A DNA stretch of 63,128 bases, filler included, from Octopus bimaculoides (lineage: Eukaryota), in the NCBI RefSeq assembly GCF_001194135.2. It is 5 parts of 5 records of this genome, joined end to end, with 100 filler letters (N's around TTAATTAATTAA, not from the genome) between each part and the next. Parts side by side here need not be neighbours in the genome. Positions count along the whole stretch, not along the records: positions 45,258 to 53,299 come from NC_068986.1; positions 53,400 to 61,317 come from NC_068987.1; positions 61,418 to 63,128 come from NC_068985.1; 2 more parts are not named here. One strand, 5' to 3'. Below are positions 48,301-62,215 of the stretch, piece after piece (position 1 is the first letter of the stretch; each line of letters starts with the position of its first letter). The notes under the pieces were generated by a model. That model had not been told where the DNA came from. It searched no databases and saw only the letters and a list, made by a program, of their open reading frames with translations. The position numbers and the translations under genes were made by a program.

Positions 48301-50935
48301 CCAATAAAAGTACAAAATAATACATGTACATGAAATGTTATCTCTTTTCATTATAATTATTTTATTTTTACAGATGTTGGAGTAGCTTCAAAATTATCAC
48401 AAATAGAAATATTGGAAAAATGTGATGTTTATATCTTCAACAAAGGATAGGAAAACAAATGTAACAGGAATCAAAATTAGAGTTATTGGAAAACTGCACT
48501 AGGGTGCTCGCATTTTTAATATAAAGCTAACTGTATGAAACAAAAATTATTTTAACAATAAGAAAAATTTCAAAGCCATTTGGATTAAGAAAATTTGAGA
48601 GAAGATTGAATTTTCCCTTCATCATCATAATCATTTAACATCTCTCATGCTGCCATGGGGGAAAAGTTTAACAGGAGCTCCAGAGCAGCATCAGGCATCA
48701 TTTTGTCTGTTTTGGCTAGATGCCCTTCCTAATGCCAACTACTTTACAGAGTGTACTTGGTGCTTTTAATGTGGTGCCCTTCTCAAAGCAAAATGGTAAT
48801 CAACTTAACAGCAGATACCTTTACAAATAAATTATTTTGGATGAACACGTTTTAAAATTTAAATGAACTTTGTGAAGTTTCTGGTCATATTCAAGTATAA
48901 TGTATAATAATTGGTTAGATTACAAATATATAGAGAGAATTAGATTTAAAAAAAAAAAAATTCAACAGGAGAAAAGTCTGTTTTTTTTAAGAAAATTAGA
49001 GATGGGCAGATCCAAGCCAGTAGGATATTTGACCATCCTCCTTTACATTTGAATTTCAAATACTGCAAAAAACGCTTCACCAGTGGACTAATCAAAGAAT
49101 ACTGTTTTTTTTTTTTTAAAGAAAAGCTTGTTTATGATTTGATAAGTTTTAGTATCAAATTTTCTCATCAGATTAATGATTAGAATGTGATACTAAGTGC
49201 TATTTTTTTTAATGAAAGCTTGACTCCATACGAACAAGATGTGGTAAATATTCCATTTTCTTGGATAGCAAGAACAGAATCATTACATATAAAAGTGTTA
49301 TGAGGATATATTTTCTCAGCCAAATATTAGAAAGATTGTGAAAAATTACAAATTGTAATTAGTGTTAAATTGTTTAATCATAAACATATATAAATATGAA
49401 AGTTGGTTTTCTTAATGTAAGTGGACAAAGAAATTGTACAAGTTTTGGCAAAAGTCAATTTATATTCTTTGCGATAAAAATCCTTTTCCACACAATCTCC
49501 TGACTTGAATTAGAACGTTTGTTTAATGAAGAGTAAAGAAAAAATACATCATAAGGCTAACAGATTTAATCTTCAAATTTTCTATTCAAAGAAATGTTTC
49601 AACTTAATAATCTCTGGATATAGAGACATATCCGCATGATTAAATCAATAAGGTATGATAAACATTCGAAAGAGTGATGGTTTATATCCTCTCACTGGTT
49701 CTACATGAGGTCCATGGCCAAGCCAAACACTCCTTAGAACAATCCGCTTAACTGTAAATGAGGGTCTGTATAAGTACAGCTGTAAATAGCAGGAATACTC
49801 TAATGAATTTTATGCAACACTGATTTCAAATCTTCATATGGGTCTGAAAATCCAGTAGATACTTTATCTGTAACAGGAACATCTATAATAGTTATCACTG
49901 ACATTCAAACAACTATTGTTAGAATAAGGAAAGCCTAATTTCCTTATGTAGAAATTAGTAAATTATTTATCTAGATAGTATCAGTTTCCGTTTACACTCC
50001 AAACGCTGATACATTAAAATTTAATGGTACAGATTGTCCAAATTGTTCTCGATTTACAGTTTCATTAAATAATGGGCCCCAAATACAGTGAGCCAGGCTA
50101 ACATAGGTTACATGAACTTGCCTAGCTACAAGTGCACACCAGTGAGTGCAATGTAACTGGAGTAAAACTTTGTAGTTGAGAGATCCAATGTCAATTGAGA
50201 ATGAAGAATTCAATACTAGAATGATGACACCAGCTCAGAAATAACATTCAGCATGAGAAAAAAAAACAAAAAAATACAACAAACAAACTAGTGTTTAAAT
50301 AACAAATTCATCAGTTGGCAATGAAATGTCAATGAATATCATGACAAATATACTTCTATGATTAAGTATACACTTTCTCTAAATACACGATCAGATTTTT
50401 AGTTAAAAAAAAAACAAAACCCCACAAGAAATTATATTTGCCTTATTGCAGAGTTAAATTAGAATTTAAAACAATTTCATTTTTAAATGAATTATGAATT
50501 TGGAAGGATATTACAAATACAAGTGAATATACAAACTAAAGGAATGTAAGAAAAATCAGATCATAAGTTATGAAGGATCAAAAGTAGATTCCAAGAAGTT
50601 TATTAGTGAATACTCCAAAAACATGCCGAGATTACACACAAACATACACACAAAAATTCTAATATTTTCCTTTGACTTACAGTTGTCCTTGAACAATATT
50701 TTCTTCTCATTTTGAAATACAATTTTTTCAGTGAGAAACTGAATAATTATCATAAGTAAACAATGACCATTGTGTTTTGGTAACTGTAGAATTTCAACAA
50801 TTTAAATTAGATAGCTGAATAACTATACTGATATTTATTAAAATTTATTAAAATTAAAATAAATTTTTTTAAATGCAGCTGAAAAATAATATTTATTCAC
50901 AACCAATATGGTGAGTTGAAATGAGTTTAACAAAC

Positions 50936-51054
50936 CTGGGCTGATATTCCTATCAACAGAAGCCACTGTTGCTTTTCATCGGTCCGGTAATTGATGACTT
51001 GACATCCAGCAAGACTTGAATGACGATCGAACATCTTTTGGGGTTGAGAATCTC
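50936..51054 (-). CDS. CLTC: Clathrin heavy chain internal exon (N-terminal beta-propeller)
   Basis: TTTTACAG acceptor and GTTTGT donor; 119 nt (2 nt + 39 codons) encoding (G)[39 protein letters not shown]. From memory the vertebrate CLTC segment is [40 protein letters not shown]. Confidence 0.96.
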
Positions 51055-53410
51055 CTGTAAAAGTATTTGATAAAAGAATTAAAATTATTTAGAGCTGTTG
51101 ATTGTTACATGTATAAAAGTGACAGAGTTTAAAAAACAAGACTAAAACAGAGACGAATATGACCTTTAAAAAATTGTAATGAAAATAGCACTATTTAAAT
51201 TAGCAGCTATCAACTAAAATATTTAAGAAAAAATTTCTATTTTAATTTAAACTATGGTTGGTAAGTTGACTTACTGTATATACTTAAGTACAGTTGCATC
51301 TTTTACCAAGAAAATATAAAAACCACAGGCATGTGGTTTATCCACTGAACATACAAAACATATATACAATGTAATGTTAGCTGACAGGGCTTAATACTAA
51401 TATATGTAGGACTCGTTATTATAGCTTAATCAAACACACTAACAGAAATTACATGTTTTCTAGGATTTAGACATGGGCAAAAGTAGCGGCACTCTAAGTG
51501 GTTATTTTGTATTGCTTGTTTATTTTTATGCCTGTCACTTGAGGGTCTAGTTTATAGCATTATGCCAATATATTGTTATAAATTAAGCACTTTTATGAAT
51601 GAATAGTAAGTTGTATCAGATTTGTGCTGATAACATTGTAAAAATAAACTAAAAAAGAAATTAATAAAATTTAATATATATAAATAAAATACTGAGGTTT
51701 ATAAATTTGTGAACATCTGATCCAGTTTTGTATATCTAAAATGTTGACATACTTTAAATGATTTTAGTCAATTATAAATTTAGCAGTTTTCAAATAACAT
51801 TTTGTTTGCGACTTTATATCAATTTTCATTCCAACTAGGCTCTTAGATGATAATTGACAAGAAGTTGAAGAAAAAATAGGGAGCAAACACCTTTGAAACA
51901 TCTCACAAAGAGAAAACCAAGCAGAAAATAAAAGTCAAGGCCATAGCCCACTAGCTGGAGATAGAATCTCAGACAACAAAACTATGTGTTAATGCAAACA
52001 AGTTACTAAAACATTGCATACTGTAGAAAACATTTTTTTTTAAATGAAATATGAACACAGGATCTGAACTGAACTTGAAATCAAGCAAGGACTGGAGCAC
52101 TGAAATCTAAATTGAAAAAGTTTTTCTTTTTTTTGTTCAAATTTCAGATTGAAATTGCAAGATTTTCAATTTTTCTTCTATGTACATTGCACACAAATAC
52201 TTTATTGAAGGGCAAAAGATATATTTTGTATAACTATCTTAAGAGAATATTTATTAACCTTCAGAACTACATGCTCATGTCAAGTCAATTTACTGTTACA
52301 ACTTCAAATTTCAACAGAAAACTCATTAATCCCAGAAATAATTTTAAATATTCTATTAAATTTTTTAAAAAATATATGCATAATATATGAAGAGAAGAAA
52401 AAAGAAGACAGCTGAGTATTTAAGAAGTCAGGTTCACAAACATTTTATCAGAATTCATAACCTAAGGCAAGGCACTTTATCACTAACTGGAAAGCAAATA
52501 CAAATCTTACTTCATCTTAGAACATTTAACTGGAAATCACTAATTATAAATACATACAAAACACCTAAATTTGCAGATGTATCTGTGTTCCATTAGGGTG
52601 TGTCTTGTATTTCTTGTTGCTATAGATTTTTAAAAATCTGCAAATTTAAAATGTTTGCATGTGTTCCTGCTTTAAAACAGTATGTTATTTCCAGATACAA
52701 TCATGTGATGAGTATCTTCAAACTTAAAAAATTGATCAATATAATTAGCCTTGACAACAATATAAATAAAGGAAGTATGCACAAAACTGATCTGAAAATG
52801 GAAAAAATAATTGTTGGTAGGGATATAATAACTGAATAAAAATATAAATAGTGGCAGTAAGAAAAAACAATGGGTGGAAATTGGGGTGGGGATTATTTAA
52901 AATGTCACAGCAATCAACCTGAAATTAAATTTTAACATATTTAAAATTAGTGTTTCTTGATTGCAACAAGTAATGCTTTTTGTTCTATTTAATAATAACA
53001 ATCCACAAGTTAATTGGAGTTCTAAAACACTTACTCAGAATGGGTGGTTACTTGAAACTAGAACATTAATTCAGAAAGATTTTTTTTGTTTTGAAAATAT
53101 TCAATTTGAGTTCAGAAATAGGTTTTCTTTTGGAAGAATTAATTAAGTTCATTAACATGAAACAAATTTTCATTTCAACTACATTAACACTAGACATTAT
53201 ATAGATAGTCAACTTAAGCTAATTACATTTATTTTAAAGGAATTTACATACTAGGCTATAAGATATTTTCAATGTTTTAACAAAAAAAAAAAAAAAAAAN
53301 NNNNNNNNNNNNNNNNNNNNNNNNNNNNNNNNNNNNNNNNNNNTTAATTAATTAANNNNNNNNNNNNNNNNNNNNNNNNNNNNNNNNNNNNNNNNNNNNT
53401 CCGATTATTA

Positions 53411-53489
<79 letters not shown>

Positions 53490-53496
53490 CATTATT

Positions 53497-53860
53497 AAGG
53501 CAGTGAGCTGGCAGAATCGTTAAAGCATCTGACAAAATGCTTGGCGGCATTTCTTCTGACTCTTTACGGTCCCCACCACGGTCAACTTTACCCTTTATCC
53601 TTCTGGAGTCAATAGGATACAATGCCAATTAAATACATGGGGCGAAGTTATCGAATAATGCCATTCCCTCAAAATTTCTGGTTGAGTGCTTAAGTTTGAT
53701 ACAATGATCATTGTTTTTAATTCAAATCCCATATGAGTTAACTTCGTCCTTCATTCTTCCAGGGTCGATAAAATGAAATACCAGTCAATTACTAGGGTCA
53801 ATGTCATCGACTACACACTTCCGCCACAAAATTTGAGACCTAATGTCTATGTTAGAAATC
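53497..53860 (+). mobile_element. Two old family-B SINE copies next to an (ATT)n tract
   Basis: Diverged GGCAGTGAGCTGGCAGAATCG head and two central-domain copies. Confidence 0.75.
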
Positions 53861-54449
53861 ATTTGAATGGTTAAAACTTTTGAGAACATTGTAGAGATTT
53901 GGTTAGAAAACCGTAAATAACTTTGCGTTGTTTCTGCTTTTATTGTGACCTGAGCCCGAAAATATATTAATATACCTGAGTCCGAAAATATATTAATAGA
54001 ATTGTAAGTACTGTCGCTTGTATAATGCTTCTATCGTAGCCTGTGCGTTTAGTAAAGGAAACACATCACTGCAAGCTAATGATACGTTCATCAGTTGTAT
54101 GGTGAGTTCTACCTACAGTTAGGTGTACTGAACTCGTTGATGTTTCTCGACGCAGGATCGTTGGCAGAACATGATTTACCTTGACTGGTTTTATAATACG
54201 TTATTAACCCTATCTGCTCCATTATCTATGGTTAGCAGGTTAATGGTAGTACAAACTCAGACAGTTTAGTGGTAGATAAACTAAAGCACTAACAGGGCTT
54301 TGCGATAGAAAACGTTCGCTATGCAGGAAAAGGATAATGGAAGTAATTATCTATTCAAAGGATGGAATTAAGTGAAACATTTACGTAGTCTTAGTAAGAA
54401 TACCAAATATATATTTATACATACATATATACATACATACATACATACA

Positions 54450-54481
<32 letters not shown>

Positions 54482-55121
54482 CGCGCGCACGCACGCATGC
54501 ACATACATGATGCCTGCAACTAGTTTTCGAGTAATGCCATTGCTTGATGTTGCTCTTGAACATGAGTAGTACGGATGTAGCTTTTCATTCCTGCAAGGGA
54601 CTTATTTTTTCGCATAGATATGGCAACGATAGGCGCCTCTTTCAGTATGTGTCCACAGAGTTTGGAACGTACGTTGACACATACCTTCATTCCATTATGG
54701 AAATTTTCATTGAGTGTTTTGTGTTTTGCCGTTTTTGCCTACGAGCGATCGCATGCAACACATAATAGAGACGTTAGAAATCAAGTGATGCCTGTCCCCA
54801 ACGTTTCTTAAACTGAGGAAAAGTACGCCATTAATCCCACTCTCTTAACTTGTGCATTTGCCCAAAAAGAACAATTCAACATCACTGGATGCAAGCGAAG
54901 TCGTAGATGTTACATAAGTCTTCGTTCTCCTGCTGGAAGTCTGTTGACTACTGTGCTCATCTGTCCTTCGACAGGTTTTCATTTTCATCCTCCAAAGTGT
55001 CCAACAAAAACCAGCCTTCTTAGGAAGCATGTTTGGTAGGTTTGAGGATTCATTCGCTGCTGGCACGACCATGCGATAGGTTGTATTGGACTAAATGTTA
55101 CCGATAGCACTAAAAGCGACC

Positions 55122-55152
<31 letters not shown>

Positions 55153-56108
55153 CATAGTAGAAATACGCGTAGTTTTCCGATTAATTTTACATAATCACTG
55201 CGAATGTTTAGCACTTGGATATGAGAGAGCAGATTGCTGCAAGTTTTCATTAATTCACCTGAATAAGCGAATAAAACAGTTAACAACATATGACTCCAAT
55301 CTACCAGATTTTACTGTCGTGTTTGGAGAAAACTTTTGCATTTGCCCTTAAATAGCTCTGAAATCTCAGATCAACAAATCATGACCCTCCACTAAAACGA
55401 GATTGAGAACTTATATCCTAGAAATCTCTGTCTCCCAATGACAGAAACATTTTAGTAAAATTTACTCGCTGAGTTATTTTATATAGTTACATAAATAAAC
55501 ATGGCAGTATATTTAAGTTGTTTACTTCCCATTTACGTGGTTTTCTGAGCTATTGGCTTCTATCTTAGACTTACGTTAACTAATGACTTGTCTGTCAAAC
55601 TGCATTCACGGAAACTATATAGAAACTCAACTGACGTATTGAGCAGATTGTTAGTCAGTCGATTTAATCCGTTCCTTAATTTAATACCTCCATATATTCA
55701 GTGGAAACATTTAAGCGAAGTTCACACTGGGCAATCATTCGAGTACATGTTCCCGCTACGAAAACAACTCAGCACCGCTCGATATATTTGGCAATGTTTC
55801 CTACAAGCAAATCTCGAGAAGACAGCTTTTCTTTTCTCCTTCCCTCAACCTGTCTCGGAGGCGTAGTTTTAAAAGTCACGACGCTGCCCATCCGTCCCAT
55901 CCCACCATCTTCAATAAATCATTAAAACAGAAGTTAAGATTAATCAGAATAATGCCATTGTTGTTTATTTTTTTTAATTACTTATCTCACCTTACAGAAC
56001 CTATGGAGTTGAAGATTATGCCCTTGGGTAAGCAAAAACTATCTTGTTCGCGATGATTATATGTATCTCTCTCTATATGTATAATATATATAAATATATA
56101 TGTATATG

Positions 56109-56180
<72 letters not shown>

Positions 56181-56935
56181 NNNNNNNNNNNNNNNNNNNN
56201 NNNNNNNNNNNNNNNNNNNNNNNNNNNNNNNNNNNNNNNNNNNNNNNNNNNNNNNNNNNNNNNNNNNNNNNNNNNNNNNNNNNNNNNNNNNNNNNNNNNN
56301 NNNNNNNNNNNNNNNNNNNNNNNNNNNNNNNNNNNNNNNNNNNNNNNNNNNNNNNNNNNNNNNNNNNNNNNNNNNNNNNNNNNNNNNNNNNNNNNNNNNN
56401 NNNNNNNNNNNNNNNNNNNNNNNNNNNNNNNNNNNNNNNNNNNNNNNNNNNNNNNNNNNNNNNNNNNNNNNNNNNNNNNNNNNNNNNNNNNNNNNNNNNN
56501 NNNNNNNNNNNNNNNNNNNNNNNNNNNNNNNNNNNNNNNNNNNNNNNNNNNNNNNNNNNNNNNNNNNNNNNNNNNNNNNNNNNNNNNNNNNNNNNNNNNN
56601 NNNNNNNNNNNNNNNNNNNNNNNNNNNNNNNNNNNNNNNNNNNNNNNNNNNNNNNNNNNNNNNNNNNNNNNNNNNNNNNNNNNNNNNNNNNNNNNNNNNN
56701 NNNNNNNNNNNNNNNNNNNNNNNNNNNNNNNNNNNNNNNNNNNNNNNNNNNNNNNNNNNNNNNNNNNNNNNNNNNNNNNNNNNNNNNNNNNNNNNNNNNN
56801 NNNNNNNNNNNNNNNNNNNNNNNNNNNNNNNNNNNNNNNNNNNNNNNNNNNNNNNNNNNNNNNNNNNNNNNNNNNNNNNNNNNNNNNNNNNNNNNNNNNN
56901 NNNNNNNNNNNNNNNNNNNNNNNNNNNNNNNNNNN

Positions 56936-56992
<57 letters not shown>

Positions 56993-57350
56993 TGTGTGCG
57001 TGTGTGTGTGTGTTTGTATAAGTATGTGTGTATGTACGTATGTATGTATATTTGTATGTATGAATACATACACACATGATTATATGCATATATTACTTAC
57101 GCGCTCGCTTTATTTTACGCATTTATGTACAACAGAATTAATATCTATTAGTTTCAGCCAACAATTTGCTTGTAAATTAAACTTTATTGAATGTATTTGA
57201 TCACTATAAATCCAATTGTCCTTCTCGTGCAATTTCTTTTTGGACAAAAAAACGCGGAATCAGCTGGAGAAACTTTAATCTTTATTGACTTTAGCAGCAA
57301 CTGACCAGGGTTTTCATTTGTTCACCCAGTTACTGCATATGCAGTGATTA

Positions 57351-57418
<68 letters not shown>

Positions 57419-57419
57419 G

Positions 57420-57650
57420 AGTGAGAGAGCAGTGTATGCCATCAAAGTGACACTGGGGTAAAGTATACGAAGCCCATTATACCCATCACGACTACCCGTC
57501 TGACAAGGGTACACCAGGTACATGCATCACAACCATATGTGCACGACATGGTGATCTCATATCAAGACAAACAGTGCATGACCTCGCAGGTGAGGCTCAG
57601 TTAGAATTTTCTTCAGGTTGAGTAGCCCATCCGCTCAAAAGGTCCCTGAT
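57420..57650 (-). mobile_element. Probable 3' UTR of a (TAA)n-targeting LINE, flanked by (ATT)n on both sides
   Basis: Non-repetitive 230 bp embedded in an ATT array next to two R4/Dong-like ends; no peptide evidence. Confidence 0.5.
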
Positions 57651-57667
57651 ATTATTATTATTATTAT

Positions 57668-57790
57668 TCACTTCACTACCGAGCGCAGCTCTGTGTGCTG
57701 TGGTTTGCTGTGATGCTCTTTTGGTTACTGTATTGAAAGTATTTTGCGTAGGATATGTGCAGTGCCCAGTAATGCAATTTTCTGAATGTT
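57668..57790 (-). mobile_element. Short 3' end of an R4/Dong-like LINE
   Basis: Terminal peptide NIQKIALLGTAHILRKILSIQ-stop, then a short UTR and (TAA)n. Confidence 0.8.
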
Positions 57791-57820
57791 ATATATATTT
57801 ATTATTATTATTATTATTAT

Positions 57821-59880
57821 CATCTCAGATTTTGTTGGAGCTCCTGGAATCTTGCATGCGTAGCGGGCTTGCTACCTGCAGCCTACAGTACTATACTATC
57901 TGTTCTGTTCAACTATTTAATACTTCCTTGATTATTCTGGCTGTGCCAAGGAAGTAAACCTTTTGTAACAGTTCTGGGTACAAAACTAGGTTGTTGTTAT
58001 TGTTGGCACTCCGTCGCTTACGACGTCAAGGGTTCCAGTTGATCCGATCAACGGAACAGCCTACTCGTGAAATTAACGTGCAAGTGGCTAAGCAATCCAC
58101 AGACACGTGTACCCTTAACGTAGTTCTCGGGGATATTCAGCGTGACACAGTGTGACAAGGCCGATCCTTTGAATTACAGGCACAAAAGAAACAGGAAGTA
58201 AGATTGAGAGAAAGTTGTGGTGAAAGAGTACAGCAGGGCTCGCCACCATCCCCTGCCGGAGCTTCATGGAGCTTTAGGTGTTTTCGCTCAATAAACACTC
58301 TCAACGCCCGGTCTGGGAATCGAAACCGCGATCCTATGACCGCGAGTCCGCTGCCCTAACCACTGGGCCATTGCGCCTCCACACAAAACTGGGTACAGTA
58401 TTCCGATTTCCTTTATATTCCACTTGATGCCTTCTGATACTGTCCCCAAGGACCCAACAATAATTAGCACTATCTTCACCTTCTGCATTTTCCATAACCA
58501 GGCTATTTCGTACTTAAGAGGGTCGTATTTATCTACTTTTCGCCTTCCTTCTTGACTATTCGTGGGTCAAAGGGGAATGTAACGTCAATTATATAGCATA
58601 TGTGGTGCATCTTATCGACCACCATTAGGTCCGGCCTGTTATGTTCTAGTACCTGATCTGTTTGGATTGGGAAATCCCAGAGGATTTTCTAGTTTCCGAT
58701 TCCGCCACTCTCTGCGATTTATGCGCATACTATGTCTTGCCTCTCTCTAGCTCCCACTTTTTGCACAGTTTCGCCACAACTTGTAGTGATTTTGAGCAAG
58801 TCTAGGGTTTTCGTTCGTGATATGCAATAGTTTCGTCCACCCTATTACAGATGCGGCACAGCGGAAACACTTGCTCATTCTTAAGGTTGATCCTCCAATT
58901 CGTGGCCAAAGCTTGGTCTTGCGCTGCTAGTAAAGTGCTCTCAGTGTCTTTTTTCAGTGTTCCGTTTTTCATCCAATCCCACCTGTCTTCCAGCAACTTC
59001 AGTTGTAGCTACATGAAATTGATTGTGTAGCACCTTGTTGCGCAATGCTTCTACATGTATTTCTTCCTTTTTTTTCTCCTTTTTCTCTGCTTTCAATACT
59101 CCCTTATTCCTAACTGACACCAGCAAAGTTTTCTTACTTTGGGATAAGTATCTCATTAAGCTCCCGACTTCGATACGTACGCAGTCTTCCACACTTATCA
59201 GTCCCCTTCCTCCATTTGCTCTCTTCATGTATAGGCGATCAGTGTTTGCATGTGGATGATGGGCTCCATGCAGCGTTAGAAGCTTTCTTGTCTTCTTGTC
59301 CAACTCTTTTAGCACCTCCTCAGCCCACTTCAGGATTCCAGCGCCATACCGAACTACTGCGACTGCGCACAAGTTTATTGCCGAAATTATGTTTCTGGCA
59401 TTCAGCGTTGAAGCTAATACTTTTCTCACTCGCCGCAGGTACTCTTTCATTGTCTTTTCTTTCATATCGTTGTATTTAATTCCACCTGCCTCAAATATTC
59501 CCAGGTATTTATAACCAGACTGCGGTTCAATTACCTTCATAATTTCACCACTTGTCCATATAAATTTTCTTCGTCTCATCCCCATTGTGGCACATTTTGA
59601 GAGTCCAAACTCCATCATTCCAGAAAATCCACACAAACTCTTTATTTTCACTTCTCCTAATACCTGATTTCCTGGTGTCAATTCAGTTCTCCAGCTCATG
59701 CTGTTCCGTATAGGGTTTCTCATAAATACCCATGGTTCTTGTTATATCTTTCCAGTTTTGCCTGCTACTACTCTTTGTTTCAATTTTTCAGTATCACATC
59801 ATACCCTTTATCTCTTATTCTATATGTTCTTCTGTTCTGCAATTCCCTCTTTTCAATCCATTAATTTGCCCTAGATGTTT
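57821..59880 (-). mobile_element. 5'-truncated R4/Dong-clade (RLE) LINE, interrupted by a SINE
   Basis: RT C-terminal motifs (EFGLSKCA, YKYLGI, NARNIISAIN), CCHC region (CRICNRVDETIAYH), RLE motif (RPDLMVVD..IIDVTFP..KVDKY) and C-terminus LLQKVYFLGTARIIKEVLNS-stop; ATT/ATC arrays at both ends. Confidence 0.9.
57991..58382 (-). mobile_element. Full-length young family-A SINE with ~11-bp TSD
   Basis: Complete tRNA-like head and AAC-type tail; ACAAAACTRGG at 57980-57990 and 58383-58393. Confidence 0.93.
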
Positions 59881-59918
59881 TTTTTAACTGTTATTATTGA
59901 ACTGTTGTTATTATTATT

Positions 59919-59949
<31 letters not shown>

Positions 59950-59965
<16 letters not shown>

Positions 59966-60175
59966 TATTCAGAATTGTTAGCAGGCCGGGCAAAATCCTT
60001 ATCGGCATTTTGTCCGTCTTTACGTTGTAAGTTCAAATTCCGCTGAGGTCGACTTCGCCATTCATCCCTTTTGGGATCGATACAATAAGTACGAGTAGAG
60101 TACAAGGGTCGAAGTAATCGACTTCCCTTTCCCCGAAATTGCTCCCCTTGTGACAAAATTTGAAATCATTAGTAT
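59950..60175 (+). mobile_element. Family-B SINE
   Basis: GTTCAAATTCCGCTGAGGTCGACTTCGCCATTCATCCCTTTTGGGATCGAT central domain. Confidence 0.8.
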
Positions 60176-60215
<40 letters not shown>

Positions 60216-61117
60216 NNNNNNNNNNNNNNNNNNNNNNNNNNNNNNNNNNNNNNNNNNNNNNNNNNNNNNNNNNNNNNNNNNNNNNNNNNNNNNNNNNNNN
60301 NNNNNNNNNNNNNNNNNNNNNNNNNNNNNNNNNNNNNNNNNNNNNNNNNNNNNNNNNNNNNNNNNNNNNNNNNNNNNNNNNNNNNNNNNNNNNNNNNNNN
60401 NNNNNNNNNNNNNNNNNNNNNNNNNNNNNNNNNNNNNNNNNNNNNNNNNNNNNNNNNNNNNNNNNNNNNNNNNNNNNNNNNNNNNNNNNNNNNNNNNNNN
60501 NNNNNNNNNNNNNNNNNNNNNNNNNNNNNNNNNNNNNNNNNNNNNNNNNNNNNNNNNNNNNNNNNNNNNNNNNNNNNNNNNNNNNNNNNNNNNNNNNNNN
60601 NNNNNNNNNNNNNNNNNNNNNNNNNNNNNNNNNNNNNNNNNNNNNNNNNNNNNNNNNNNNNNNNNNNNNNNNNNNNNNNNNNNNNNNNNNNNNNNNNNNN
60701 NNNNNNNNNNNNNNNNNNNNNNNNNNNNNNNNNNNNNNNNNNNNNNNNNNNNNNNNNNNNNNNNNNNNNNNNNNNNNNNNNNNNNNNNNNNNNNNNNNNN
60801 NNNNNNNNNNNNNNNNNNNNNNNNNNNNNNNNNNTTTAAAATAAATTTATTTACATATATACCAAACTAGTTTCAACGATATGTTTTGTTTATCAATTGT
60901 AAAAATTTAGAATTATGAATTAGAAAGGCATTTTAAAAAATTTCAGTGTTGACAAGTTTAAATATACATAACAGTCAATGATATAAAAACTATGGATCAA
61001 CTTCTTTAAAAGCACAAAATTAAATGGTGTTAGTAATGGTTGACAAGAAATGAATAACATCAAAGTTTCAGTCATGCTGAGTTACGCGGGTGAAAAACAA
61101 GGGAGAAATGAAGATAG

Positions 61118-61280
61118 TAGGAGTGGCTGTGTGATAAGTAGCTAGCTTACCAACCACATGGTTCCGAGTTCAGTCCCACTGCGTGGCATCTTGGGCAAGT
61201 GTCTTCTACTATAGCCTCGGGCCGACCAAAGCCTTGTGAGTGGATTTGGTAGACGGAAACTGAAAGAAGCCCGTCGTATA
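61118..61280 (+). mobile_element. Young family-C SINE 5' half
   Basis: Near-identical to 14250-14410. Confidence 0.92.
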
Positions 61281-61984
61281 TATATGTATATATATATGTA
61301 TATATGTATGTGTGTATNNNNNNNNNNNNNNNNNNNNNNNNNNNNNNNNNNNNNNNNNNNNTTAATTAATTAANNNNNNNNNNNNNNNNNNNNNNNNNNN
61401 NNNNNNNNNNNNNNNNNAGATTTGAAAGAAAACAAAAAAGGAACCATACCATCAAGTTCTTTGTTGTGGTATTTATTGACACAACCAGCTTTCAATAGAT
61501 GGGCCTTTTTTAGAGCTCCAACTGGGCCTTTTTTAGAGCTCCAACTGCACCAAACAATTCCTAAAAGTAAAAAGAAACCCAATTCATTTAATAGATATTA
61601 TTTCAAGTATATGAATAATAAAAAATAATCTATGATTTAGGCACAAAGCCAATAATTTTACCTAATTCAGAATCCTTTAAACCATAGATTAAGTTTTCTA
61701 AAATAAAATGAGTTATTTTTTGCTGATGGAATATTGTAAATAAAATATATAAAAAAAGACTCTACAAAACAATATACAATGAGTAAAAGAAAGAGATGCT
61801 ACATATCAACTGACGTTTTACTTTTACAGATTTCAAATACTAAAAGTCATTGTTCTGATGACAATACAATAAAGAAATGCTAATACCACTATAAACGTAT
61901 ATGGTTTGGAATGTTTAACATACAAGTCGATATCTATGAACATAGATAAGGTAGCAGCAGCAGGAGGCCATAAATGTCTAGTAG

Positions 61985-62215
61985 CAATAGGGAAATTAAC
62001 ACACAAGTGGCTGAGTACTCCACAGATACACACACCCTTAATGTAGTTCTCACGACACAGGTGACAAGGCTGACCATTTGAATTAGAGGTACAACTCATT
62101 TTTGCCAGCTGAGTGAACTGGAGCAATGTGAAATAAAGTGTCGTGCTCAAGGACACAAATTGATACCAGGAATCAAACTCAACCTTATGAGCCAAATACC
62201 CTAACCACTAAGTCA
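61985..62215 (-). mobile_element. Old SINE related to family A, with CpG decay
   Basis: CAAGTGGCTGAGTACTCCACAGATACACACACCCTTAATGTAGTTCTC versus younger CAAGTGGCTGAGCACTCCACAGACACGTGTACCCTTAACGTAGTTCTC. Confidence 0.7.

Noticed and set aside
49660-50230. Coding-looking short ORFs inside the CLTC-containing block
   Set aside because: They do not match clathrin, lack a consistent splice-site pair, and have no recognisable homology.
58300-58382. tRNA-like sequences (also at 758, 14250, 22700, 61118)
   Set aside because: These are SINE heads continuing into SINE bodies, without a complete cloverleaf.
61370-61628. ORFs at the start of the last block, including a ~24-bp tandem duplication
   Set aside because: They begin at a gap edge, show no clathrin or other recognisable similarity, and are short.
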